Assembly (NCBI RefSeq): GCF_002075285.3
Contig: NZ_CP021983.2
Span: forward strand, 1,920,001 to 1,952,000
Source of the DNA: Halomicronema hongdechloris C2206
Lineage (GTDB): Bacteria; Cyanobacteriota; Cyanobacteriia; Phormidesmidales; Phormidesmidaceae
Reading direction: 5' to 3'
DNA: 32,000 bases
Below are positions 19,713 to 27,339 of this stretch, piece by piece. The position numbers were made by a program, and so were the translations under genes. Position 1 is the stretch's first letter. The number at the start of each line of letters is the position of its first letter. The notes below the pieces were generated by a model. That model was given only the letters and a program-made list of their open reading frames with translations. It did no database searches and was not told where the DNA came from.

Positions 19713-20639
19713 TCAATTCTGAAAATCATCCGGACCGCTGTAGCCTGAAAGCCTCGCCAAGGCCTCTAAAGGCTGTACTCCTGGATAGAACTTGCCATTA
19801 ATTTCCCAGGTGGGGAAGCCGGTGACGGCATCCTGGGACCGACACAGTGCCGTTTGGGGGGTCACGCCTTCTGGGTCACATTCGACGTAGGGAATCTCCT
19901 TAGCGGCTGTTTGGCCAAAGAGCTGTTTTTGATCATGGCAATGGGAACACCACCAGGCGCCATACATCTTGGCACCGGTGTCGTCTAGGTGCTGGGCCAA
20001 CGCCATCTCCGCCGCACCAGAGGTTGTGGTGATGGGTGGTCCCGTTTCGCCAGCAGCAGAGGTGGTTGGGGCAGATCCGCCGCCAGTGATGGGGGCATAG
20101 ACGGCTAGGGTGCCGACCAGGGCGATGATGGCAACGATCAGGCCAATGAATAGTAACTGCCCCATGTCTTTCCAGCGGCGGCCCAGCAGGGTGAGGCTGA
20201 GCATGGTCAGGGTAAATAGGGCCGAGCCAATGCAGTAGACGCACACAGCTTGGATCTCAAAGGCCATGACATACATCAGGTAGCCACTGAAGACCACCAT
20301 GGTCAACGAGACCACAAACAATAACCACCAGCTGGTGGTTTCAAGCTGTTGGCGACGGTCTTTATGACCCTCTGATCGGATTCCTAGAGGACCTAGGGCC
20401 AGTACAGCCATGGCCCCATAGGCCAAAAACCCAAACAGGGGAAGGGGTAAGCCGAACACGGTGGCATAGGCGCTGGCGAGGACGCGATCGCATCCCTCCG
20501 TCGGACAAGCTGCCCCATCTCCCATGAATTTGATGACCGTTAAGTAAGCGGTTTCAGCAGCTCCAATCAGAGCAATCGCCCCAATCAACCAGCGAGACCA
20601 GCGATGAATCCAGAGCGTTTCCTGACGGCGACGTCCCAT
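19713..20639 (-). CDS. Vitamin K epoxide reductase (VKOR) homologue fused to a thioredoxin-like domain
   Basis: The TM domain carries CPTEGCDRV and CVYC motifs. The C-terminal Trx-like domain carries WCSHCHDQK. ATG 20639 is preceded by GAGGAG; the ORF-track start at 20654 is TTG. Confidence 0.85.
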   Translation of the reverse strand: MGRRRQETLWIHRWSRWLIGAIALIGAAETAYLTVIKFMGDGAACPTEGCDRVLASAYATVFGLPLPLFGFLAYGAMAVLALGPLGIRSEGHKDRRQQLETTSWWLLFVVSLTMVVFSGYLMYVMAFEIQAVCVYCIGSALFTLTMLSLTLLGRRWKDMGQLLFIGLIVAIIALVGTLAVYAPITGGGSAPTTSAAGETGPPITTTSGAAEMALAQHLDDTGAKMYGAWWCSHCHDQKQLFGQTAAKEIPYVECDPEGVTPQTALCRSQDAVTGFPTWEINGKFYPGVQPLEALARLSGYSGPDDFQN

Positions 20640-20736
20640 ATATCTCCTCGGCAAAGATGACAGACTCCGATCGAAACCTAGCTCCTATTTTGCCCCATCA
20701 GGTTCATTGCCAAGGCTAGGCCATTCCCCTGAGTGC

Positions 20737-21582
20737 TTAGGACAGAGCCATGGACGCCACTGCGGCCATAGATTCTTGGCTCGATAGGCTGCGTTGCATG
20801 GCTTCTACAAACTGACTGACTCGAATTGGATCAATGGGTTGACTGATATCTCCCCGCCGTTTCAGGGAACTGGCCACAATCACACCATCCGCCGCCTGCA
20901 TCAATTTGGCAATATTTTCCCAGGTAGCCCCACTGCCAATGAAGACAGGATGATCCTGGGCCGCGGCTCGGGCTAGCTCCAGATCCTCCAAACTAGGAGG
21001 GCTGCCTGTGGCCCAGCCAGAGAGAATAATGCCATCGGCCAATCCCCGCTCTAGGGTTTCCTGCACCGCCGTAGTCAAATTTGGCGATCCCAAGGGGCGG
21101 GCGTGCTTCACTAGCACATCGGCGATGATCTTGACATCGCTGCCCAACTCCCGGCGATAGCGCATCAGGTCATGGGCATTGCCTTCGATCAGCCCTTGAT
21201 CCGTTGCCATCACCCCGGTTAATACATTGACTCGAATGAATTGCGCCCCCACACAGGATGCGATCGCAAGGGCACTGTGGCCATCATTGCGCAGCACATT
21301 GATGCCGATGGGAAGCGTCACCAATTGCTGTAAACGCTGCACGATCAGCGTCATGGCACTCACTACAGCTGGATCAACCCGATCCTTAGCAAAAGGTGCA
21401 TCAAAGAAGTTCTCAACCACAATGCCATTTACCCCTCCCGACGCTAGTGCCGTCGCCTCCTGCTCAGCCCGATCGATAACCAGCTGTAAATCACCCTGCC
21501 AGCGAGGTGATGTGGGTAGGGGCAATAGATGAACGACGCCAATGACAGGGTTGGGAGTGCGAAAAATTTGTGTTAAGTCCAC
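20737..21582 (-). CDS. btpA: BtpA/SgcQ family protein (photosystem I biogenesis protein BtpA)
   Basis: PVIGVVHLLPLPTSPRW, GVNGIVVENFFDAPF and NVLRND are characteristic BtpA strings. The start is GTG at 21582. Confidence 0.85.
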   Translation of the reverse strand: MDLTQIFRTPNPVIGVVHLLPLPTSPRWQGDLQLVIDRAEQEATALASGGVNGIVVENFFDAPFAKDRVDPAVVSAMTLIVQRLQQLVTLPIGINVLRNDGHSALAIASCVGAQFIRVNVLTGVMATDQGLIEGNAHDLMRYRRELGSDVKIIADVLVKHARPLGSPNLTTAVQETLERGLADGIILSGWATGSPPSLEDLELARAAAQDHPVFIGSGATWENIAKLMQAADGVIVASSLKRRGDISQPIDPIRVSQFVEAMQRSLSSQESMAAVASMALS

Positions 21583-22005
21583 GGGGGTTATTGTCTCGGG
21601 CTAGACCTCAACCAGGGGAACATCGGCGGCAATGATGCCGCTGTCCTCACCCAGTTTACTTTAACAAGCTCACTCCCCCAGACACCATCTCTGCGCTGAG
21701 GTGACGTGTCCTGAATCAACGGAGGCGATCGGAACGGCCTATAAATCGCGTCCCCGACTCATTACAGGACTCGAAATGGTCACTATTTGTATAGTTATGT
21801 TATGATGACGCCCTAGGGTTTTTGCGATTTGAGACAAATTTTCCCTTATCTCCAGGTGCTACTGTTAACAACGGTTACAGGCGCTATGGTCAATAGGGGC
21901 TGAGTCATCCGTCGAGTATCGCTACACCCTCACGGTCAGATTCAGATCAGCTGTCTTGCTCCTTAGCATTAGCAGTCATTGTCAGACGACACTCAACAGC
22001 ACCTT

Positions 22006-23325
22006 ATGGATCACAAGCCAACGATTGCCTTTACTCACCTTGGCTGTGAGAAAAATCGAGTCGATACAGAGCACATGCTGGGATTACTCGTGCAGGCAGG
22101 GTATCCCGTCGATGCCAATGAAGCACTGGCCGATTATGTCATTGTTAACACCTGCAGTTTCATCGAAGCTGCCCGCGAAGAGTCCGTCCGGACCCTAGTG
22201 GAGCTAGCCGAAGCCAATAAGAAGCTTGTCGTCACCGGTTGCCTAGCTCAGCATTTTCAATCGGAGCTACTAGAAGAGTTACCTGAAGCCGTTGCCCTAG
22301 TGGGCACTGGTGATTACCACCAAATCGTGCAAGTCATTGAACAGACTGAAGCCGGAGAACGGGTCAAGGCAATTTCTGCTAAGCCCACCTATATTGCCGA
22401 CGAAACGGTTCCCCGCTATCGCACCACTACCGAGAGTGTTGCCTACCTGCGCATCGCTGAAGGCTGTAACTATCGCTGTGCCTTTTGCATCATTCCCCAT
22501 TTGAGGGGAGATCAGCGCTCTCGCCCGATCGAGTCCATCGTCGCTGAGGCCCACCAACTAGCAGCGGAAGGAGTAAAGGAAATCTGCCTGATCTCCCAGA
22601 TTACGACCCACTATGGCGTCGATATCTACGGTCGTCCTCGCTTAGCCGATCTGCTGCGGGCGCTGGGCGACGTCGATGTTCCCTGGATTCGCATTCATTA
22701 CGCCTATCCTACCGGGTTAACAGAGGAGGTCATTGCTGCCATTCAAGCAACTCCCAACGTATTGCCCTACCTAGATCTACCCTTACAACACTCCCACCCC
22801 GACATCTTGCGGGCCATGCATCGGCCTTGGCAAGGCCATGTCAACGACACTGTGATTGAACGGCTCCAAACTGCTCTGCCAGAAGCTGTCCTCAGAACCA
22901 CATTTATCGTCGGATTCCCTGGGGAAACCGACACCCATTTCCAACACCTGATGGACTTCGTTCACCGCCATGAGTTCGATCACGTGGGCGTATTTACCTT
23001 TTCCCCCGAGGTTGGCACCGTTGCCCATGACCTTCCCAATCAGGTGCCCGAAGCGATTAAGGCAGCGCGACGAGAACAATTAATGTTGCTGCAGCAACCG
23101 ATTTCCTGCCGCCGTAATCAAGCCCAAATTAATCAAATTGTTGAGGTTCTAATCGAGCAGCAAAACCCTGCCACGGGCAAATCTATCGGTCGTTCTCCTC
23201 GATTTGCCCCTGATGTGGATGGCTTAGTCTATGTGAGCGGACCGACCTGCCTGGGACAACAGGTGCCCGTCCATATAGAAGCCGCCGATACCTACGATCT
23301 ATTCGGCACTGTGGTGATGTCCTGA
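22006..23325 (+). CDS. rimO: Ribosomal protein S12 methylthiotransferase (radical SAM)
   Basis: [16 protein letters not shown] is the UPF0004 domain, [11 protein letters not shown] is the radical-SAM CxxxCxxC motif, and a C-terminal TRAM-like domain is present. ATG 22006 is preferred to TTG 21979. Confidence 0.88.
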   Translation: MDHKPTIAFTHLGCEKNRVDTEHMLGLLVQAGYPVDANEALADYVIVNTCSFIEAAREESVRTLVELAEANKKLVVTGCLAQHFQSELLEELPEAVALVGTGDYHQIVQVIEQTEAGERVKAISAKPTYIADETVPRYRTTTESVAYLRIAEGCNYRCAFCIIPHLRGDQRSRPIESIVAEAHQLAAEGVKEICLISQITTHYGVDIYGRPRLADLLRALGDVDVPWIRIHYAYPTGLTEEVIAAIQATPNVLPYLDLPLQHSHPDILRAMHRPWQGHVNDTVIERLQTALPEAVLRTTFIVGFPGETDTHFQHLMDFVHRHEFDHVGVFTFSPEVGTVAHDLPNQVPEAIKAARREQLMLLQQPISCRRNQAQINQIVEVLIEQQNPATGKSIGRSPRFAPDVDGLVYVSGPTCLGQQVPVHIEAADTYDLFGTVVMS

Positions 23326-23440
23326 TCAGCAGGCTAGACCGCGAGCAGCTTGGGCAAGACCTCCTGTCTCCGAGCTAAGTTTTCTGGTCTAGCGGTAGAA
23401 ACGATTGGTTACGACCGAGATTACTTTCCAAGGAGACTCT

Positions 23441-24874
23441 ATGACACTGTCATTTACTGGTTTGGGTCTGTCAGCAGACAAAGTTCACCATTTAGAAAAG
23501 CTAGGCTTTCGAGAGCCGACGCCGATTCAGGCCCAAGCCGTTCCCCATCTGCTTTCAGGACGGGATGTCGTGGGCCAAGCCCAGACAGGCACTGGCAAAA
23601 CGGCCGCCTTCGCCCTACCGTTACTGGAACAAATTGATCCCCGTATACCGGTTCTACAATCGCTGATTTTAACGCCTACCCGGGAGCTGGCCATTCAGGT
23701 CTGCCAGGCCATGCGCGATTTAAATACAGATCGTTCCCTGAAAATTTTGGCGGTATATGGAGGCCAATCCATCGATCAGCAGATGCGGCGGTTGCGCCGG
23801 GGCAGCCAAGTCGTTGTCGGCACCCCAGGGCGAGTCTTGGACTTGATCAACCGAGGCGCCCTCAACCTTGACCAGGTCAATTGGCTAGTGCTGGACGAGG
23901 CCGATGAAATGCTGAATATGGGCTTCATTCAGGACGTCGAGACCATTCTCAACTGTACCCCAGCCGAGCGTCAGACTGCCTTTTTCTCCGCCACTATGGC
24001 TCCGACTATTCGTGAACTGGCCACCAAGTTTTTGCGATCTCCGGTCACAGTCACCGTGGAAGCGGCTAAATCAGCCCCCACTCGTATTGAGCAACGGGTC
24101 TATGTCGTTCCTAGAGGCTGGAGCAAGAGCCGAGCGTTGCAACCGATTCTGGAGATGGAGAATCCAGAGTCAGCCTTGATCTTCGTCCGCACTCGTCGCA
24201 CTGCCGCCGAACTCACCCGACAACTACAGGCCGCTGGGCACAGCGTCGATGAGTACCATGGTGATCTAACCCAGTCCCAGCGTGAGCGGTTGATCTTACG
24301 CTTTCGTCAGCAACAAGTGCGATGGGTCGTGGCTACTGACATTGCTGCCCGTGGCCTTGATGTTGATAATCTCACCCATGTGATCAACTACGAACTTCCC
24401 GATTCGGTGGAAAGCTATGTTCATCGCATTGGTCGCACCGGCCGGGCAGGAAAAGAAGGGATGGCGATCTCCCTAGTGCATCCTCTGGAAAAATATAAGC
24501 TGCGCCAGATTGAGCGCCACATCCAGCAGAAGCTGGCCTTCGCTAAAATTCCCACTCGGGCTGAGATCGCAGCTCGTCATCTAGAGCGGCTACAGGCTCA
24601 GGTGGAAGATGCCATTACCAGTGAACGGTTAGCATCTTTCCTGCCCATCGTGTCTCAGCTGACTGAATCCTATGATTTACGTACTATTGCCGCGGCGGCC
24701 TTGCAAATGGCCTACGACCAGATGAGCCCATCCTGGCAACGGCATGAAATTCATACTGAGATCACCGAGACAGAACGCCACGGGCAGAGATCGCCCTCTA
24801 AGCAGGGACGCGGTAAGTCCTCATCTAAGCAACGCCGCACGATTCAACCCTCGGCATCCTCAAGTCAAGATTAA
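23441..24874 (+). CDS. crhR: DEAD-box ATP-dependent RNA helicase (CrhR-like)
   Basis: The Q motif (F..PTPIQ), AQTGTGKT, PTRELA, DEAD (VLDEADEM), SAT, ARGLD and HRIGRTGRAG motifs are all present. AAGGAGA at 23430-23436 precedes ATG 23441. The gene lies directly downstream of rimO, as in Synechocystis. Confidence 0.9.
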   Translation: MTLSFTGLGLSADKVHHLEKLGFREPTPIQAQAVPHLLSGRDVVGQAQTGTGKTAAFALPLLEQIDPRIPVLQSLILTPTRELAIQVCQAMRDLNTDRSLKILAVYGGQSIDQQMRRLRRGSQVVVGTPGRVLDLINRGALNLDQVNWLVLDEADEMLNMGFIQDVETILNCTPAERQTAFFSATMAPTIRELATKFLRSPVTVTVEAAKSAPTRIEQRVYVVPRGWSKSRALQPILEMENPESALIFVRTRRTAAELTRQLQAAGHSVDEYHGDLTQSQRERLILRFRQQQVRWVVATDIAARGLDVDNLTHVINYELPDSVESYVHRIGRTGRAGKEGMAISLVHPLEKYKLRQIERHIQQKLAFAKIPTRAEIAARHLERLQAQVEDAITSERLASFLPIVSQLTESYDLRTIAAAALQMAYDQMSPSWQRHEIHTEITETERHGQRSPSKQGRGKSSSKQRRTIQPSASSSQD

Positions 24875-25106
24875 CCTCTGTCTCAGGCCAGCCCATGACG
24901 ATCTACCAAGGGGAAAATGACCCATTGGAAAGCATCTTAGCGCCACCTACTCAGGACGGTAGGCAGGCTAGGAGTTATTGAGGCTGGCCGTCAAACTAGG
25001 CTTGGTAAAGGTGTGTATGAAATCGCACATCGGCTCGGATGGACTGAAATAGAATAGGGACAGCCTTCAGTGCCGATGCAAACGATTTGGGAGGTGTTGG
25101 TTCAGT

Positions 25107-25304
25107 ATGTTGGTCGTCCTAATGGAAAATCAACTCCTGTCCCCTAGTGCAGTCTGTCAAAGTTGTCTCATGGCTGATCAGCACGGCCGACCCCGCTGGC
25201 ACCATGGTGAGTTGCGCTGCGGTCGCTTACTGGCCAGGATGTCAGAGGCTCAACCTGAGCAATACGAGTGTCAGATGGGGTTCCGCATTGCCAACATCGA
25301 GTAA
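25107..25304 (+). CDS. Hypothetical small Cys-containing protein (65 aa; 60 aa if translated from ATG 25122)
   Basis: GGGAGG at 25089-25094 lies upstream. There are four Cys residues (CQSC...C...C), which may form a zinc ribbon. I recognise no homology. Confidence 0.35.
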   Translation: MLVVLMENQLLSPSAVCQSCLMADQHGRPRWHHGELRCGRLLARMSEAQPEQYECQMGFRIANIE

Positions 25305-25607
25305 CCCTGAGAGGGCCTACAGTTATGACTCATGCTCCCGACTGTCGCCCCTTAGCTGCCAAGTGCGATCGCACCCTTGACAGCGTTTACAAGGCCCTGA
25401 AGCAGCCGCGCAGCAATGGGCGAAAGACCGAGAAAAGGCTCCAGCTAACTCACTGGAGCCCCTCGGTGCAGCAGATGATTGATCCACCCAAGGAGCCTGC
25501 ACCAAGTTTATGCAGCACAATCGCCCCTCAGCCATAACCAAGGGGCAACTGTACAAACCTTCTGCCTCAAAGCACCGACGAAGAGGATGACCTCAGGCCA
25601 AGGTTAA

Positions 25608-25976
25608 TTATTCAACGGTAGCGATGGCATCCTTCTCCAGATTTTCCCGCCGCAGCTGATCGAAATCGACGGCATCTTTATCCAGGTTTTCCCGACGCAG
25701 CTGGTCGAAATCAACCTTGCTAGACTTCTCTAGGTTTTCCTGGCGGATCTCGTCGAAGTCGACGGCATCCTTTTCCAGATTTTCCCGACGCAGTTGATCG
25801 AAGTCAACTTTACCGGACTTGTCGAGATTTTCCTGGCGGATCTCGTCGAAGTTAACCGCATCCTTGTCTAGGTTTTCCCGGCGTAGCTGGTCAAAGTCAG
25901 GGGCGGCGTAGCTAGCGGGGGCAACCACAATGCCGAGGGTGGCAACGGTGAGGAGAGAAAGGGCGATGCGTTGCAT
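25608..25976 (-). CDS. Secreted protein made of six tandem 15-16-aa repeats (DFDQLRRENL[DE]KDAV / [ND]FDEIRQENL[DE]KS[GS]KV)
   Basis: AAGGAG lies 7 nt upstream of the ATG. The signal peptide is MQRIALSLLTVATLGIVVAPASYA. The remainder of the protein is in-frame repeats. Confidence 0.75.
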   Translation of the reverse strand: MQRIALSLLTVATLGIVVAPASYAAPDFDQLRRENLDKDAVNFDEIRQENLDKSGKVDFDQLRRENLEKDAVDFDEIRQENLEKSSKVDFDQLRRENLDKDAVDFDQLRRENLEKDAIATVE

Positions 25977-26629
25977 AATGAATAGCTCCTTCAGGTGTGT
26001 TCAACGAATCAATCATCTTGATTCCTATAGTGAAGGGGATGCCTGAGGGCTCTCTGACCGCCACCTAAGCGGTGAATAAGGGCTTTCTGAGAAAGCTGAA
26101 TCAGGACTGTGAGTAGGCTGATAGTCTGGGGCCTTTGAGATACTAGACCTGATCAAGACATCAATTTGGCTTGACGGGCACATCCTGGAGGTATGAACAA
26201 ACACCCCATTAACGTGAGTCGAGGCTACGAGACCCACAGGATGCCAATACGCTCACGATGGCTAAGCCCGTGGGTCCCCCTCCGGCTGATCCACGCTACG
26301 CATGAAAAACTGTACTAAAGTCTAGTACTCTGCTCTCAATAATCACCAAGGATGGCTATATATCTACAATGTGAATGTATTGCTAACCTATTGTGTCCTT
26401 CCGGTTGGCAGTTCTTAAAGTATTCTAAAAGTTTACTTAAAGATGCAATCTAGAGAAAGTTTAGTTCTGATTATGCTTGGACATTCTGTAAATAATTGAA
26501 GAAGACCTATAGGGCTTATATGTATATATGTAACTGACGAAGTTGCCTCAGAGTGTACAGGCCTAGTTTTTACAGCATAGTTGCACGCCATGCAAATTCT
26601 TTTAGGAAATTTAGTATAGAGGACTATCA

Positions 26630-27280
26630 ATGGCTTTAAGGAATAACGATATCAACCATGCTCAGACTCGCTTTCTTCTAGCCCTGTGGGCTTTGGGAGG
26701 AAACGATGTTAAAAAAGGCGACCTAATGCCGTTTGCAACACGTGGAGATGAGAAATCTAGTGATTTTCAGCCAATCATCGATAAGTTAGATGCGAAAGAC
26801 GTGATCAAAATCACCAATAATAAGTTTTCTATCACTACCTCTGGATTGAACTTATTGCATCAGTGCTTGCAGAACCAAGCCTTTGAATATGACGGCAACG
26901 TGGGCGCTAGAACCGTCAATGCCTTGTTACGCTGGATACGGGCGCAGGGGCAGCCCAGCCTTGCGATGAATGGCAACGGCAGAGCTACGGAGCCAATTAG
27001 CTCTTATGAAGAGTTTACCGAAGTTGCGTCAGAAATATTCGACCAGCTCAATCGCGACTACAACTTAGATAACTTTGTGCCTATCTATCGAATTCGTCGG
27101 CACATCGGTGAGCGCGTTTCCCGTTCCCAGTTTAACGACTGGATGCTAGAGATGCAGGCCAATGATATGTTTGAATTCTTGGAAGGGAGTGTAGAAGATA
27201 GCGCCCCTGACAAAATTGAAGACTCTATTACCACTAAGTTTGGTAAGCTTCGCTGCTACGCCAAGCGCCTCAAAAGATAA
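26630..27280 (+). CDS. Island gene 1: hypothetical protein, predicted tandem winged-helix (DNA-binding) domains
   Basis: AGAGGA at 18-23 of the 266xx decade (26618-26623) lies 6 nt upstream of the ATG. The N-terminal pattern is FLLALWALGG..KKGDL....IIDKLDAKDVIKITNNKFSITTSGLNLL (helix-turn-helix plus beta-wing). The second pattern is VPIYRIRRHIGERVSRSQFNDWMLEMQANDMFEFLEGS. No catalytic motif was seen. Confidence 0.7.
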   Translation: MALRNNDINHAQTRFLLALWALGGNDVKKGDLMPFATRGDEKSSDFQPIIDKLDAKDVIKITNNKFSITTSGLNLLHQCLQNQAFEYDGNVGARTVNALLRWIRAQGQPSLAMNGNGRATEPISSYEEFTEVASEIFDQLNRDYNLDNFVPIYRIRRHIGERVSRSQFNDWMLEMQANDMFEFLEGSVEDSAPDKIEDSITTKFGKLRCYAKRLKR

Positions 27281-27339
27281 TCCACTTAGCATCTTAAAGC
27301 TGACCCCTGAAAACACTATGCAGCCCCTGTGAGATCCCT

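Noticed and set aside
21583-21978. The divergent btpA / rimO intergenic region at a strand-switch point, as a possible replication origin.
   Set aside because: No DnaA-box-like 9-mers (TTATCCACA or TTTTCCACA and complements) were seen, and dnaA and dnaN are not adjacent. It is more simply a pair of divergent promoters.
25608-25976. Regular ~45-48-nt periodic repeats that could be mistaken for a CRISPR array.
   Set aside because: There are no unique spacers between repeats. The repeats are in-frame and degenerate at synonymous or conservative positions. They follow an SD, an ATG and a signal peptide, so this is a coding tandem repeat.
26433-26630. A 65-aa - strand ORF in the AT-rich island leader, and a 70-aa - strand ORF at 26025-26237.
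   Set aside because: Neither has an SD or any recognisable motif. AT-rich or UTR sequence readily yields such ORFs, and the first would read antisense into the promoter region of island gene 1.
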